A stretch of DNA of 64,000 nucleotides from Escherichia coli (GCF_024223415.1 NZ_CP100500.1); one strand, 5' to 3'; positions 40,417 to 53,176 are shown, numbered from the stretch's first letter. The notes: a model not told the origin generated them from the letters alone. Made by a program: numbers and translations.

Positions 40417-42429
40417 TTACAACACCTCGCGAACCGAGATCCCCAGCCGCTGCATTCGTGACAGCAGCGTGGTGCGCTTCATCCCTAATCGCGTCGCTGC
40501 GCCACGGGGCCCGGCAACAATGCCATTGGTTTCTCGCAATACCTGAACAATGCGCTGACGTTCTTCTTCGTCATTCTCTGGCGTCGTCGGGTGCAGTAAC
40601 TGCGCCATTGAACTGCGAAGCGCTGAATCTTCATTTAGCGTCGGCAGTAAACGGCTTTGTCGGACATTAAGATGTAAATTCAGACTGTTACCGCGAGTCA
40701 GTAGTACCGCTCGCTCAATCACGTTTTCCAGCTCGCGCACGTTGCCCGGCCAGTCCCACGACATCAACTGGCGTAGCGCCTCGGTCGGGATGGCGTCAAT
40801 TGCGCGATTCATATGGCGCGCCATTTTTTGCGTGAAATGCTTTGCTAAAAGAGGGATATCTTCCGGACGGTCGCGCAGTGGCGGCAGTTCCAGTGGGAAG
40901 ACATTCAGGCGATAAAAGAGATCGCTGCGAAACTGGCGATCTTCAACCATTTGCCACAAATCACGGTTGGTGGCGGCAATGACTCTGACATTTACCGGGA
41001 TCGTTCTACTCCCGCCGAGACGCTCAATTTCCCGTTCCTGCAATACGCGCAGCAGTTTAGGCTGAAGTTCTAACGGCAGATCGCCAATTTCATCGAGAAA
41101 CAACGTGCCGCCATCGGCAATTTCAAAACGACCACGATGGGTATTAATCGCACCAGTAAATGCCCCTTTGTCATGACCGAATAACTCACTTTCCAGAAGA
41201 CTGGCGGGGATGGCAGCGCAGTTGATTTTGACCAGCGGCTTGTCGCGTCGTGGGCTAAGTTGATGGATCGCTCTGGCGATCACCTCTTTGCCGGTTCCGG
41301 TTTCACCACAAATCAACACCGTACTGTCGCTCTTCGCCACAATATCTACCTGCTGGAGCAAATCTTCCATTGCCTGGCTTTGATAGATAATGTCACCGAC
41401 GCCCAGATTCGAAAGGAGCTGCTCGCTAAGCTGGTGGTTTTCTTGCTGCAAGCTTTCCTGCAAATCGGTCATGCTGCGCCAGGCATCGGCATTGCCAACG
41501 GCAATAGCGATGCGATCGGCAATATGTTGTAGTAGCTGGCAGTTTTCCTCACTAAAGAGAGTGGAAGATGTATGCGCCAGCAACAATGCACCCGGTGTAT
41601 GGTTGCCAAAGGTGAGCGGTATAAGGAGCGCAGATTCGCAGCCGTTAGATGCAAGTAAGTGTAATAACGGGTCGCGTTGCCAGAGAAACAGATCGTCTGC
41701 ACGGTGCGTCAAGGTCGGTTGTCGGGTTTGTAGCGTTTGTGTCAGCAATACACTTTCGCCAGGCATACTGCGTGGCAGACATGCACAATCTGAGGCGGAA
41801 AAAACGCTGCACCACAGGCTGAACTTCTCGTTCTTTCGATGATCGCCCAGTACCATACAGACTGAAGCCAGACCGAAAAAATGATGGATCTCACGAGCGA
41901 CGTCAGCGATCAGATCGTCGAGATCAAGATGTGACAACACTGCATTAGTGATATCCACCAGTACCCGATGATGATCGCGATCTTTCTCCAGCAAACGCAG
42001 CGCCACCTGCTGTTCTTCATCATTGAGCCATGATTGCAGAACCGGGGTGATTATCCGCGCCAGCCAGTTAAACAGTGTGCAATCCTGGGGAGTAAAACGG
42101 CTGCCGTGAGTGCGAATAAAGCGTAGCTCCGCCATTCCACTACTGCCGAGAAGGACGGCGTGACGCGAATAATCGACCATCTCGCCCTGATACTCTGTTG
42201 TTGCCGTCACATCGCTGCCATCATCATGGTAGCGGTAATAGAAGTTGCTTTTGAGAACATGCAGTTCAATAAGTTGTACCGGGCTGAACGGCGGCGGCAG
42301 CGGGATGAAGGCGCGTAATAAAGACGCCTTGCCGTGTTTCTGCGCTAACCGCTCCGCGAGCATTCCGTTTACCGCTTCAATTGTTATTCCTTGTGGCGGG
42401 GCAAACATCGCCTCGTCTGACATAGCCAT
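40417..42429 (-). CDS. hyfR: Sigma-54-dependent transcriptional activator HyfR
   Basis: 670-aa product with GAF-like N-terminus, AAA+ sigma-54 interaction domain (GETGTGKE) and C-terminal HTH. Confidence 0.9.
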   Translation of the reverse strand: MAMSDEAMFAPPQGITIEAVNGMLAERLAQKHGKASLLRAFIPLPPPFSPVQLIELHVLKSNFYYRYHDDGSDVTATTEYQGEMVDYSRHAVLLGSSGMAELRFIRTHGSRFTPQDCTLFNWLARIITPVLQSWLNDEEQQVALRLLEKDRDHHRVLVDITNAVLSHLDLDDLIADVAREIHHFFGLASVCMVLGDHRKNEKFSLWCSVFSASDCACLPRSMPGESVLLTQTLQTRQPTLTHRADDLFLWQRDPLLHLLASNGCESALLIPLTFGNHTPGALLLAHTSSTLFSEENCQLLQHIADRIAIAVGNADAWRSMTDLQESLQQENHQLSEQLLSNLGVGDIIYQSQAMEDLLQQVDIVAKSDSTVLICGETGTGKEVIARAIHQLSPRRDKPLVKINCAAIPASLLESELFGHDKGAFTGAINTHRGRFEIADGGTLFLDEIGDLPLELQPKLLRVLQEREIERLGGSRTIPVNVRVIAATNRDLWQMVEDRQFRSDLFYRLNVFPLELPPLRDRPEDIPLLAKHFTQKMARHMNRAIDAIPTEALRQLMSWDWPGNVRELENVIERAVLLTRGNSLNLHLNVRQSRLLPTLNEDSALRSSMAQLLHPTTPENDEEERQRIVQVLRETNGIVAGPRGAATRLGMKRTTLLSRMQRLGISVREVL

Positions 42430-42458
42430 CAACAGTCCTTATTAATGAGAAATCCTTC

Positions 42459-42872
42459 TCACGCAATTTTTCTGGCCATCAGATAGATGGCCGGTTCCTG
42501 CACAATTTCATCCAACAGATGAATGAATTGAATGCTACGCGCCTGCCACGCCGACGTCGCGTCATCTGCCAGTGGCGCGAATGCCCGGGTCAACAGGGCG
42601 GTGTGGCTGGCGTCAATAACAATCTCACCAAAGGTCATCACCCCCAGCATCTTACGTCGGGCTTGCTTCTCTTCGACCTGTGCAAGCCAATCTTCGTATT
42701 CCGTCTGTGGGCAGCGGAAGGCGACATTCAGACAATCAATCACGCCAACGTGATGACCGATAGCCAACGAGTAATACATTACCTGGGAGCTGTGTTCCGG
42801 CATCTCGTCGCTACTGGCGATAAATTTTTTTCGCAGCGTCCAGAAAACAATTTCCCCGCACTCTTCAGTCAT
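42459..42872 (-). CDS. hyfJ: Hydrogenase-4 maturation/assembly protein HyfJ (HycH-like)
   Basis: 137-aa product from [11 protein letters not shown]; overlaps the hyfI stop by 8 nt. Confidence 0.85.
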
Positions 42873-43623
42873 GTAACCCCCGGAGTACGCGAAAGAGTTG
42901 CTGAACGATACTATTGAGACGTGGATCATCGGCATCGCGCAACCAGGTGTTAACCCGATTTCCTGTAGGATCGTCGCTTAAATGGCGCAGGAGCCGATCG
43001 CAAATTTCTCGCCCCTGACGATAGCCCGCCAGCCGCCGCGCTTCTCGCTCAATGGCGATACGCTGTGATGGCGGGATCTGCGGCCACAACGGTTGCATAG
43101 TCACCCCGGTGGGATCGCGATAATCCACCGCGTGAATCTTCTGTTGCAGCAAACCGAGCGCCACGGCGAAACCGTGAATGGTGGCGGCCGGTGTTGGCGG
43201 GCAGCCGGGGATCCAAACATCAATGGGGACAATGGTGTCGCTGCCGCCCCAGACGCTGTAGAGATCGTGGAAAATACCGCCGCCGACACCGCACGCGCCG
43301 TAGGAAACACAGATTTTATGATCGGGGGCAGACTCATACGCCCGAAGTGCAGGCATACGCATCGCCCGGGTGACTGCGCCAGTAAATAACAAAATATCGG
43401 CGTGACGCGGTGATGAAACAACCTTAATGCCAAAACGTTCTGCGTCGAATACGGGTGTGATGGCGGCAAAAATTTCGATTTCACAGGCGTTGCAGCCGCC
43501 GCAATCGACGCGATAAACGTAGGCTGAGCGACGGATATCCTGTAGCAAATGCCGCTTCATCTTTTGCGTTTGCTCGTCCAGCGTGATGGGCTGGCTGACA
43601 TGTTGTGTAAGCACTGGACTCAT
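42865..43623 (-). CDS. hyfI: Hydrogenase-4 small subunit (NuoB-like)
   Basis: 252-aa ORF with NuoB-type Cys motifs. Confidence 0.9.
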
Positions 43624-44165
43624 AGCTGCTCCTTAGCCACCAGCGGTACATCTGTATCGTCGTTGATCAGCGTCGCGCGTTGTTTGCACTCCGGGCAGAC
43701 GCTCGCTTGCGCCCGCAACATTTCGCGGTTTTGTGGCGCATTTTGTTGCTGTGCCAACAATTCAGCAGCCAGTGCGACGGTTTTTTGCGGGGCAAACGGG
43801 CGTTCGCAACGGCTGCAACGTTGTAGATGGAACGTCGCGCGGGTATAGAGATCGGCTTTATTGGTGACGGTCAGTTCAAAGTTATTGGTAAGCTGAATGG
43901 CTCTGGTCGGGCACACTTCTTCACAACGTCCGCAGTAAATACAACGCCCCAGATAGAGCTGCCAGGTGCGCGAATTTTGCTGGTCGTCGGTCTGGATAGT
44001 CAGCGCATTTGCCGGACAAGCACAGGCGCAGGCACCACAGGCAATACATTGGCTGGGCATCAGGTCCGGTTTCCCGCGAAAGCCTGGGCTGACCTCCAGT
44101 GGCGCGAAGGGATATTTCACCGTCGCGGTTCCGGCGCGCATAATAGTTTTCAGTAACTTCAGCAT
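43620..44165 (-). CDS. hyfH: Hydrogenase-4 ferredoxin-type subunit
   Basis: 181-aa ORF with two CxxCxxCxxxCP motifs. Confidence 0.9.
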
Positions 44166-44174
44166 CTTCTGTCC

Positions 44175-45890
44175 TTACTTCAGCGGCGAACGGTTACGAT
44201 CAATGCCGTAGCGTTCGATCTCTTTATACGGCACGGTTTTTGACTGGCGCTTGCGCACATCAACCAGCGTCACACGGTCGGTACAGGAGTAGCAGGGATC
44301 AAGGCTACCGATAATCAGCGGTGCGTCAGAAACGGTATTGCCGCGTAGCATGTAACGCAGCACCGGCCAGTTGGCGTAGGTGGCGGCACGACAGCGCCAG
44401 CGGAACAATTTTTGATTATCACCGAGCATGCTCCAGTGCACGTCTTCACCGCGTGGCGCTTCAACAAAGCCGAGTGCGAATGCGTGAGGTTTATAGCTAA
44501 AGCCTTCGGTCAGCAGCGGGGTATCCGGCATGTTGTCGAGGGCAAATTCCAGCATTGCCAGCGAATCAAACGTCTCTTTGACACGGACCATCACGCGGGA
44601 GAAGACATCGCCGCCGGTAAAGGTAAACAGTGTTTTTGGAATATTGCCGTAGTCGGCGTAGGGGTGATCAAAGCGCAAATCACGGGCAAAACCACTGCCG
44701 CGGATCAGCGGTCCTACGGGGCTATAATCACGGGCGATTTGTCGGTCGAGAATGCCAATGCCCTGAGTGCGTTGTTCCATATTCGGCGTGGCAAGCAGCA
44801 TTTCTACCAGCTCCGACACGTCGGCGCGCATCTCGCGCACCAGTTTCAGCGTTTGCAGACGTTGCTCTTTGAGAATATCGCGGCGAACACCACCAATCAG
44901 ATTCAGACCGTAGGTTTTACGCGACCCGGTCAGCAATTCCGCCATTGTCATCGACTTTTCCCGCACGCGGAAAAATTGCATAAAGCCGGTATCAAATCCA
45001 ACAAAATGGCAGGAGAGGCCAAGGTTGAGCAAATGACTGTGTAGCCGTTCGACTTCCAGCAGAATCGAGCGAATGGTATGCGCTCGTTGCGGCACCTCAA
45101 TCCCCAGTGCATTTTCAACCGAGTTGGTATAGGCCACACTGTGGGCAAAACCGCAAATCCCACACACGCGGTCCGATAAGAAGGTCACTTCGTTGTAGCC
45201 CATCCGCGTTTCTGCCAGTTTCTCCATGCCGCGATGGACATAAAACAGGCGGTAATCAGCATCGACAATTTGCTCGCCATCCACAAACAAGCGGAAGTGA
45301 CCCGGTTCATCGGAGGTGATATGCAGCGGGCCGACAGGGATCACCCGCGCATCGCTGTTGCCCTCATTGATAAACGGATACGTTTCGGAATCAGTCGTCG
45401 GTTCAGGGCGCAGTCGATAATCCATCGCATCTTTGCGCAGCGGATGCATATCTTCCGGCCAGTCATCGGGCAACACCAGGCGACGCTGATCCGGCAGGCC
45501 AACCGGAATCAGCCCGTACATATCGCGAATTTCTCGCTCGCCCCAGACCGCGGCAGGGACGCGCGGTGTGACTGACGGAAACTCCCGACTGTCGGCATCG
45601 ACCAGTGCCTTCACCACGATCCAGCATTTTTCGGCCCCTTCCATAGAAAGGGCATAATAAACCGCGTAATGACCGTTAAGTGTCCGCTCGTCGTTGCCAA
45701 ACAGGACCGGAAGCCAGCCATCATGTTGATAATAAAGATACTGTACAACGTCAGGCAGCAGATTGATTTTCACCGTAATGGTGACCTGTTCAGGCGTTTG
45801 TCGCTCTTCATCCAGCACCGCGCCGGGGAACTGCGTTTTCAGGGCGGCGAGAATCGCTTCGCCACGATTTGACGATGAATTAACGTTCAC
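44175..45890 (-). CDS. hyfG: Hydrogenase-4 large (NiFe) subunit
   Basis: NuoC/NuoD-like fusion with C-terminal DPCxxC; start placed at the GTG at 45890 preceded by GGAGA; the ORF-track ATG at 45935 has no Shine-Dalgarno. Confidence 0.85.
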   Translation of the reverse strand: MNVNSSSNRGEAILAALKTQFPGAVLDEERQTPEQVTITVKINLLPDVVQYLYYQHDGWLPVLFGNDERTLNGHYAVYYALSMEGAEKCWIVVKALVDADSREFPSVTPRVPAAVWGEREIRDMYGLIPVGLPDQRRLVLPDDWPEDMHPLRKDAMDYRLRPEPTTDSETYPFINEGNSDARVIPVGPLHITSDEPGHFRLFVDGEQIVDADYRLFYVHRGMEKLAETRMGYNEVTFLSDRVCGICGFAHSVAYTNSVENALGIEVPQRAHTIRSILLEVERLHSHLLNLGLSCHFVGFDTGFMQFFRVREKSMTMAELLTGSRKTYGLNLIGGVRRDILKEQRLQTLKLVREMRADVSELVEMLLATPNMEQRTQGIGILDRQIARDYSPVGPLIRGSGFARDLRFDHPYADYGNIPKTLFTFTGGDVFSRVMVRVKETFDSLAMLEFALDNMPDTPLLTEGFSYKPHAFALGFVEAPRGEDVHWSMLGDNQKLFRWRCRAATYANWPVLRYMLRGNTVSDAPLIIGSLDPCYSCTDRVTLVDVRKRQSKTVPYKEIERYGIDRNRSPLK

Positions 45891-47460
45891 TGTGTTTCTC
45901 CGAAACAGATGCGGTGCCTGAAGGCAAAAAATCATGCCAGGTGCTACGTTGTGCAGGCAGGTCGTGCGTCCCTGAGAGGACTATAGTGGAAGCGCCCGCC
46001 AGGATCCTGATGACAGGTTGTGGAATATGCGTTCCCATCGCCAGCATCATGACCAGCAGAATCACCATTGGCGAGGTGGTCAACCAGCCGAGATCACCCC
46101 GGTTAACGGCCTGCGGCGGTTTCGCCATTAACACCCGCGCAGCCATCCGTACCAGGCCCGCCAGCACCAGCGTTAACAGCAATAACAGCATGACGATAAT
46201 CAGCAGGTGATTACGCGCCAGTCCGGCGGTAACGGTCATAAATTCGCTAAGAAAAATGTTGAAGGGCGGCATCCCGGCCAGCGCCAGCGCACCGCCGCCA
46301 AACAGCACGGCGGTAAATGGCATGATTTTGAGCATCCCGCAGACGACGTTGAGATCGCGCGTGCCGTACTTGAGCAGTACATTGCCGGAACCGCAGAACA
46401 GCAGCGTTTTTGCCAGACTGTGGTTTAAGGTGTGCAGCAGCGCGGCAAAAATTCCCAGCGGCCCGCCAATGCCTAGCGCCACCGCGACCAGTCCCATGTT
46501 CTCCACGCTGGAGTACGCCAGCAGACGCTTAATGTCCCGCTGTACCAGAATGAAAAATGCCGCCACGGCAACCGACAACATGCCGAAGATGAGCAACAAC
46601 CGGTTGGGGAAATCGCTGCCGATGGCCTGGCAAATAATGATGTAATAGCGAATCAGCACCAACAGCGCGCAGTTCAGCAATACGGCGGAGAGTAGGGCGC
46701 TGACCGGACTCGGCGCTTCACTGTGAGCATCCGGCAGCCAGGCGTGCATGGGAAATAGCCCGGTTTTGGTACCAAAGCCAATTAGCACAAACACAAAGGC
46801 CAACAGCATTAATGTTGGGTCAAGCAAGGACGATTGCTTAAGAACCTCGCTCCAGAATATCGCCATTTCTGCCTGCGGCATAACGCTGGCGGCGTTGGCG
46901 TATACCAGCACGGTACCGAACAGACCAAAAGCGACACCAACAGTACAAATAATGATGTACTTCCATGCTGCTTCCAGCGATGAACGCTGACCGTAAATGC
47001 CTACCAGAAACGCCGAGCTTAAGGTGGTGGCTTCGATCGCCGCCCACATCACAATCAGGTTATTGCTGGTAACAACCAGCAGCATGGTGAACAAAAACAG
47101 ATGGAAGAAACCGTAGTAATCGCACAGCGTAACGGGTGAAAGCTCGCCGTGAGCCACTTCATGACGCATGTAGCCAATCGAGTAAACACCGGTGAGAAAG
47201 CCAATCACACCAAGAATGGCGAGGAACAAACCGCCCAGACCATCAATATGAAGCCACAGTCCCGCAGCGAATATTTCTCCTGCATCAGCGGCAGTTTGGA
47301 CCACCCAGAGTGCCAGAATCAGCAGCAGTGTGATCCCTAAGCAATGTAATACGGTCACCGTGCGAGTCGCAGAGTGCCCCCGTTTCCGGCAGGCAAAACA
47401 GAGCAGCGAAAAAAGCAGCGGCGTGAGCAGGAGTAAAGCGAACATCACAGAATAACTCAT
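45880..47460 (-). CDS. hyfF: Hydrogenase-4 membrane subunit HyfF (NuoL/M/N antiporter-like)
   Basis: 526-aa polytopic ORF. Confidence 0.9.
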   Translation of the reverse strand: MSYSVMFALLLLTPLLFSLLCFACRKRGHSATRTVTVLHCLGITLLLILALWVVQTAADAGEIFAAGLWLHIDGLGGLFLAILGVIGFLTGVYSIGYMRHEVAHGELSPVTLCDYYGFFHLFLFTMLLVVTSNNLIVMWAAIEATTLSSAFLVGIYGQRSSLEAAWKYIIICTVGVAFGLFGTVLVYANAASVMPQAEMAIFWSEVLKQSSLLDPTLMLLAFVFVLIGFGTKTGLFPMHAWLPDAHSEAPSPVSALLSAVLLNCALLVLIRYYIIICQAIGSDFPNRLLLIFGMLSVAVAAFFILVQRDIKRLLAYSSVENMGLVAVALGIGGPLGIFAALLHTLNHSLAKTLLFCGSGNVLLKYGTRDLNVVCGMLKIMPFTAVLFGGGALALAGMPPFNIFLSEFMTVTAGLARNHLLIIVMLLLLLTLVLAGLVRMAARVLMAKPPQAVNRGDLGWLTTSPMVILLVMMLAMGTHIPQPVIRILAGASTIVLSGTHDLPAQRSTWHDFLPSGTASVSEKHSER

Positions 47461-47464
47461 CTCA

Positions 47465-48115
47465 TTATCCCTTCAGCGCGGTCAAGTTGTTCACGTCCAG
47501 CGTGCCGTGGGTACGCCATATTTTTCTTGCCAGTAACACCATCACAATGACGGCGAAGATGGCGTCGGTAGCGATACCTATTTCCACCAGTTCCGGTGCT
47601 CGCCAGGCAAGAAGCGCCAGCACCAGATGGGAGCCGTTTTCCATCAGGCAGTAACCAAAAATTTGCCGCAGGATATTGCGCTGGCTGACAATGCACAGCA
47701 GGCCAAGCAGAAAATGACCTAACGCCACCGCCAGCGCCGGTTTCAGCCCGGTAGCCATCGGTAGCTTCACGGGCTGAACGACAAATGCGCAAAGCAGGAC
47801 AATTAACGCCGCGAGCAGTGCCATCATTGCCGGACCGAATAACGCTTTTTCCGGGATGTTCTGGGGAATATTTCGTGCAGCGTAAGTCATGATTAACGGT
47901 ACCAGCAGCACTTTGGTGATAAAGGCGCTGGCGGACCAGATCAGCAGTTGCTCTGCGGCGAACAGGCACGAGAGAGTGGCGAAAATAGACACCAGCACCA
48001 GCGACTGGCAGACGTAAAATCCGCATGACAGGCGATAGCTTTTGACGCTAATCACAAACAGCGATGTCAGCATCATCAGTCCCGCCAGATTATTTACGAT
48101 CGTAGAACCGGTCAT
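47465..48115 (-). CDS. hyfE: Hydrogenase-4 membrane subunit HyfE
   Basis: 216-aa hydrophobic ORF. Confidence 0.9.
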   Translation of the reverse strand: MTGSTIVNNLAGLMMLTSLFVISVKSYRLSCGFYVCQSLVLVSIFATLSCLFAAEQLLIWSASAFITKVLLVPLIMTYAARNIPQNIPEKALFGPAMMALLAALIVLLCAFVVQPVKLPMATGLKPALAVALGHFLLGLLCIVSQRNILRQIFGYCLMENGSHLVLALLAWRAPELVEIGIATDAIFAVIVMVLLARKIWRTHGTLDVNNLTALKG

Positions 48116-48126
48116 TCATCATCTCC

Positions 48127-49566
48127 TTACTGCAACCAGGTCGCGGCGATTACGCTGGAAATCAGCGACATCACAATCAGTACAATCAGCACCAGGCGCA
48201 TTGACCCTGGCAGCGGTGCGGCATCGGCGACGGCCTCGCTCGGTTTGCCCGGCACGACGCGACCAAACCAGCGAATAAACCAGGCGAAACTGGCGACCGA
48301 TTCAATCATCAGCAGAATCATGGCGGGCAGCAGGATCCAGTACTCCACTGACAACGCAAAACCGGCGGCAAACAGCGGGAATTTACTGAAGAAGCCGTTG
48401 AACGGCGGCACACCGGTAATCGCCAGCGCTGCCACGCAGAAACCCACGCCTGGCAACGGCAGGGTGTGCAATACGCCACGCAGACGCGGCAACAAGCGCG
48501 TGCCGCAGCTGTAACTCAGCGCACCTGCTACAAGGAAAAACAGGCTTTTAGCGAACGCGTGGTTGACGATGTAGGCGATGCTACCCTCCAGCGCCAGCCG
48601 CGAGCCGAAGATGGAGAGCGACAAGCCGAAGAACATCCAGCCAAGTTGAGTGATGGTCGACCAGGCCAGCAACCGCTTCATATCCTGCTGTGGCAAATAC
48701 ATCAGAAATCCATAAAGAATGGTGACCAGGGCCATGACCATGCCAACGCCGCCAATCACATGCGGGATATTGCCACCGTCGATAATGGCGCGGGCAAAAA
48801 TGTAAACGCCCACTTTCACCATCGATGCGGCGTGGAGATAGGCGCTGATCGGTGTTGGCGCTTCCATTGCGTCCGGTAGCCACGCTTGCATCGGTAGTTG
48901 GGCCGATTTCCCCCACGCGGCAAACAGGATGCCGCCATAAACCAGATAACGTGCGTCGCCGTGTAACTCGCTCATCGCGCTAAGCGCAAACGTTCCGGTC
49001 TGCAAAAACAGCGTGGCGGCGGCAAGATACAATCCCAGCGAACCGATATGGGTGATAAGTAACGCTTTTAGTGCTGAACGCTGCGCTTTATCGCTCTGGT
49101 AATAACTGATCAACGCCCAGGAGCAGCCGCCCGTAATTTCAAAAAACAACAACTGACCGAGCAGCGTCGAGGAGAGTACCAGTCCCGCCATCGCGCCGAT
49201 AAAAACCAGCAAAAATGCGTAATAACGATTCGTACCGTTATGCGGGTGTTCGCGATTTTTATCCGTCAGATAACCCGTGGAGTAGATCGTGACCAGCAAA
49301 CCGAGAAACACCACCACAAACAGAATCAGCGTACTCACGCGATCAATGAGCAGGCCAAACAACGCCACATCCCCCACGTTGACCAACGTCAACGTGACGG
49401 CAACTTTATCGGCCTGATAAAACGCGGAGATCAGTGACAACATGCACAGCGTGGTCAGCGCGGCGAACAAAACCCCCCATTCGGCGGCCCGACGTTGTGG
49501 CGAAAACGAAACGACCAGTGCGCCGATAAAAGGCATCATTAACGTCGTCAGAGCAAGATTTTCCAT
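48127..49566 (-). CDS. hyfD: Hydrogenase-4 membrane subunit HyfD (antiporter-like)
   Basis: 479-aa polytopic ORF. Confidence 0.9.
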   Translation of the reverse strand: MENLALTTLMMPFIGALVVSFSPQRRAAEWGVLFAALTTLCMLSLISAFYQADKVAVTLTLVNVGDVALFGLLIDRVSTLILFVVVFLGLLVTIYSTGYLTDKNREHPHNGTNRYYAFLLVFIGAMAGLVLSSTLLGQLLFFEITGGCSWALISYYQSDKAQRSALKALLITHIGSLGLYLAAATLFLQTGTFALSAMSELHGDARYLVYGGILFAAWGKSAQLPMQAWLPDAMEAPTPISAYLHAASMVKVGVYIFARAIIDGGNIPHVIGGVGMVMALVTILYGFLMYLPQQDMKRLLAWSTITQLGWMFFGLSLSIFGSRLALEGSIAYIVNHAFAKSLFFLVAGALSYSCGTRLLPRLRGVLHTLPLPGVGFCVAALAITGVPPFNGFFSKFPLFAAGFALSVEYWILLPAMILLMIESVASFAWFIRWFGRVVPGKPSEAVADAAPLPGSMRLVLIVLIVMSLISSVIAATWLQ

Positions 49567-49582
49567 ATTCCGTCAGTGCTCC

Positions 49583-50530
49583 TTACAGACCGGTTAACCA
49601 GAAGACCCATGCAAGCGCAGCAAGGCTGAAGCCAAGCCAGGTCACATGGTGAATGAGTAAAAAACGCCCGCGTGCCAGCGTGTTTTCTGCGATAGAGGCC
49701 AGAACAAAAATCAGCAAAACCTTGAGCAGCGTAACGACAAGTGAAGTCAGCAGGCAGGCGAGAGAAAGTTCTTGCGCGCGCCCAAAGGGCAGAAACAGGG
49801 CCACAAACAGTGCTGCCATCACGACCTGTTTCAGCCCCAGCCCCCATTTCGCTAGCGCCAGCCCGGCACCGGAATATTCTGTCAGCGGGCCTTCCTGTAA
49901 TTCCTGTTCTGCTTCAGCAACATCAAAGGGAATTTTTCCCATCTCAATGAAGCAGGCAAAACCACAGGCCAGTAACGCCAGTACGGTGGTTAGCGGCGAG
50001 TTCCAGCCCGTTGCCAGCGTATTGCTGATCATCTCGATATGCGTGGAACCTGCTATCAGCGCCAATACCAGCAGTGAGAGAATGAGCATGGGTTCGACCA
50101 GAATGCCGAGCGTCAACTCGCGACTGGCACCGACTCCCGCAAACGGGCTTCCGGTATCCAGCCCTGAAAGAGCAAAGAAAAAACGAAACAGGGCAAGAAG
50201 ATAGATAAGGGTGATCAGATCGCCGCCGCCCGCAAAAGGGGAAACGGTAATAAATAGTGGTAGGGCCATCGCCAGCACCAGCATGCTGCTGATTAATACC
50301 CACGGCATCAGGCGGAACATCAGACCTGAAGATGTCGGCGCAACTTCCTGCCGTTTAAACAGTTTGTGGATATCGCGATAATCCTGCCAGATCCCCGGTC
50401 CGCGGCGGGAGTGCATTCGCGCGCGTATCTGCCGGGAAATACCCGTAAAAAGTGGGGTTAGCATCAGCAGAATCACGGCCTGTGCTAACTCAAAAATGAC
50501 CAGATATCCGTCGCAAAGAGTTTGTCTCAT
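49583..50530 (-). CDS. hyfC: Hydrogenase-4 membrane subunit HyfC (NuoH-like)
   Basis: 315-aa product from MRQTLCDGYLV; the ORF track extends 7 codons upstream. Confidence 0.9.
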   Translation of the reverse strand: MRQTLCDGYLVIFELAQAVILLMLTPLFTGISRQIRARMHSRRGPGIWQDYRDIHKLFKRQEVAPTSSGLMFRLMPWVLISSMLVLAMALPLFITVSPFAGGGDLITLIYLLALFRFFFALSGLDTGSPFAGVGASRELTLGILVEPMLILSLLVLALIAGSTHIEMISNTLATGWNSPLTTVLALLACGFACFIEMGKIPFDVAEAEQELQEGPLTEYSGAGLALAKWGLGLKQVVMAALFVALFLPFGRAQELSLACLLTSLVVTLLKVLLIFVLASIAENTLARGRFLLIHHVTWLGFSLAALAWVFWLTGL

Positions 50531-50540
50531 GGTGATTTCC

Positions 50541-52559
50541 TTAGACGGCAATAGCGATTAGCAGCACAACCAGTGCGGCGACCACATACAGGCAATAGAG
50601 ACGAAAGTCGCCGCTTTGCAGATGCTGTATTTCTTTGGCCAGCCGTTGGGTGGCGCTCACGATGGGGCGGATCACCCGCTCATCCCAGAAGGGTTCTGTG
50701 CTCTGAGCCCTGGCGGTGACGTGCGCAAGACCTTTATTTAGCCTCAGCGTAGGGTCGAGCTGTTGTCGTAGACGAAATAGCGCAGAGAAGACCACACGCA
50801 GCGGCTGCATCACGCCATTGCCTGACGGGGCCATCGCATTTTCCCAGCCGTAGCCGCATGCCCAGGCATCTCCTGTGCGACGAAACGCTGCGCGGCGCGA
50901 ACGACACCACAGCCAGTAAAGGCCAGGCAGCAAAGGCATCGCCAGTAGTAACAGCAACAGTAATGAGGGGGTGACCTGTGTATGAAACGTGCCGGGTACA
51001 AGTGCTATTCCGCTGGCGACAGTGACGGGAGGGGTATTGGTAAACGCATGGGCAATATGCATTATCTTCGGTGCCAGCCAACTGGCACTAAGCGCAATTA
51101 ATACGCAGAGTGCCGCGAGCAGTAGCATGGCGACGATCATCGTATTTGGCACTTCCTGTGCCTCTTCAGCGTGTGTACTGCGCGGCGCACCACAGAAAGT
51201 AATACCGTACATTTTGACGAAGCACATTACTGCCAGCCCACCAGTGACTGCCAGCATCACCATAGCAATAGGACCCGCAAGTTGTAGCGCTACGGCTTCC
51301 ACACGACTTAGTGAGAACAGCGACTGCCAGGTGTACCATTCGCTGATAAAACCATTCAGCGGAGGAAGGGCTGATATCGCGAGGCAACCAATCAGGCATG
51401 CTGCGGCTGTCCACGGCATCCGTTTTGCCAGTGCCCCCATTTTTTCCATGTCGTGGGTATGCAAACGCGAAATAATCGCACCCGCGCCGAGAAATAGCAG
51501 CCCTTTGAACAGCGCATGGTTGAGCAGATGAAACAGTGCGCCGAGCAGTCCAACCACGGTGAGCAGCGGGTCGTGCAGTGACAGACCGACCATCGCCACA
51601 CCGACTGCCAGCAAAATAATGCCGACGTTTTCGACGGTACTCCAGGCCAGCAGCCGTTTGATATCCTGTTCCGCCAGCGCATATAGCACGCCCAGGAGCG
51701 CGGAGATTGCGCCGATCGCCATCACCAGAATGCCCCACCACAGAGGCAAACCCGTTTGCGCCAGCAGATCCATCGCTACTTTCAGGATGCCGAAAATACC
51801 GATTTTGACCATTACGCCAGACATCAACGCCGAAGCGTGCGATGGTGCGGCAGGGTGAGCGCGCGGCAACCAGCTGTGCAACGGCATCATCCCGGCTTTC
51901 GCGCCAAAACCGAAAAAGGCCAGCAGGAACACCGCCGACGCCAGCCCCGGAGAAAGTGAAAGCGTGCGGAAACTGGCAAAATCTAGGCTGCCGCTTTCGC
52001 GCCCCATCAGCAAGAAGGCGATCATAATCAGCACCGATCCGGCGTGGGCGATAAAAAAGTAGAGCATGCCAGCGTTGATCGACGTTTTATCCTGCCTGGC
52101 AATGACCAGAAACCAGGAAGACAGCGACATCATTTCAAACAGCACGATGAACCAAAAAGCGTTGTCCATCACCAGCAGGGCAACCATCGATGCGATGAAA
52201 ATATTCATAAAGAAGCCCATCGCCGCCGCGCCTTTGCCCTCGTATTCGCGCATATAAGTCAATGAATAGAGCGAACAAACCACCACCAGCAAGGAGATAA
52301 CCAGCACCATAAATGCCGAGAGGCTATCCATTCGCAGGGTTAAATCGGCAAAGTCAAAAGGGGTGGCAAAACGGGCGACTAAAGTTACGCCTGCATGTAA
52401 TTGCGTAATTCCGCTGATGATGCCAATCACGCCGCCCACCAGCGATGTGATGCCGGAAAGCTTAATAGCCAGTCTGTCCAGACCGAGTAAAAACAGCGAA
52501 GCCAGACTGGCAAACAGATAGAGGATCAGCGACCAGGTTAATAATTGCAGGGCATCCAT
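50541..52559 (-). CDS. hyfB: Hydrogenase-4 membrane subunit HyfB (antiporter-like)
   Basis: 672-aa polytopic ORF; start overlaps the hyfA stop. Confidence 0.9.
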   Translation of the reverse strand: MDALQLLTWSLILYLFASLASLFLLGLDRLAIKLSGITSLVGGVIGIISGITQLHAGVTLVARFATPFDFADLTLRMDSLSAFMVLVISLLVVVCSLYSLTYMREYEGKGAAAMGFFMNIFIASMVALLVMDNAFWFIVLFEMMSLSSWFLVIARQDKTSINAGMLYFFIAHAGSVLIMIAFLLMGRESGSLDFASFRTLSLSPGLASAVFLLAFFGFGAKAGMMPLHSWLPRAHPAAPSHASALMSGVMVKIGIFGILKVAMDLLAQTGLPLWWGILVMAIGAISALLGVLYALAEQDIKRLLAWSTVENVGIILLAVGVAMVGLSLHDPLLTVVGLLGALFHLLNHALFKGLLFLGAGAIISRLHTHDMEKMGALAKRMPWTAAACLIGCLAISALPPLNGFISEWYTWQSLFSLSRVEAVALQLAGPIAMVMLAVTGGLAVMCFVKMYGITFCGAPRSTHAEEAQEVPNTMIVAMLLLAALCVLIALSASWLAPKIMHIAHAFTNTPPVTVASGIALVPGTFHTQVTPSLLLLLLLAMPLLPGLYWLWCRSRRAAFRRTGDAWACGYGWENAMAPSGNGVMQPLRVVFSALFRLRQQLDPTLRLNKGLAHVTARAQSTEPFWDERVIRPIVSATQRLAKEIQHLQSGDFRLYCLYVVAALVVLLIAIAV

Positions 52560-53176
52560 TAGCGTTGCTCCTGAGTGAGGGAAAGGGGATCCTCCCCGCC
52601 ATTGGCAAACCAGCTTGCGGCAAGGCGCTGTTTTTCTTTCATCTGACGTTGCAGGCTATCGTCGGTGATCAGCCGTAACGCCTGATTCGGGCAAGCGCGA
52701 ACGCAGGCCGGACCTTCTGGCAAGAAATCACACAGGTCGCATTTCACCGCGACGGTCTGGACACCCGGTTCCCAGCGCAGCAAAGCATGTTGTGTTGGCG
52801 CGTTTTCTTCGCCGTCTTTGAGTGAGCCTTCAGCCTGAAAAACATATTGCGCAGGGGCATTCACCGGACGGCTTCCTGAAGCGCTGATTGCGCCAAATGG
52901 GCAGACCACGGCGCAAAGCTTGCAGCCAATACAGAGGCTTTCGTTGAGTTGGATCGCATCATCCCTCTGGGAGATGGCATTGACCGGGCAGACCTGCAGG
53001 CAAGGGGCTTCCTCACAGTGATGACACACGACAGGGGCAGTGAGTGTTGACGTCTTCGCCAGGGCCAGGCGCGGGTGTTGCTGTAAACCTTGCGTTTTAT
53101 GCACGTCCGAACAGGCAGCGAGACAGGTATTACATCCTGTACACCACAGTGGTTCGGCCACCACAAAGCGGTTCAT
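52559..53176 (-). CDS. hyfA: Hydrogenase-4 ferredoxin-type subunit HyfA
   Basis: 205-aa product from MNRFVVAEPLWCTGC with multiple 4Fe-4S motifs; the ORF track extends 13 codons upstream. Confidence 0.9.
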   Translation of the reverse strand: MNRFVVAEPLWCTGCNTCLAACSDVHKTQGLQQHPRLALAKTSTLTAPVVCHHCEEAPCLQVCPVNAISQRDDAIQLNESLCIGCKLCAVVCPFGAISASGSRPVNAPAQYVFQAEGSLKDGEENAPTQHALLRWEPGVQTVAVKCDLCDFLPEGPACVRACPNQALRLITDDSLQRQMKEKQRLAASWFANGGEDPLSLTQEQR

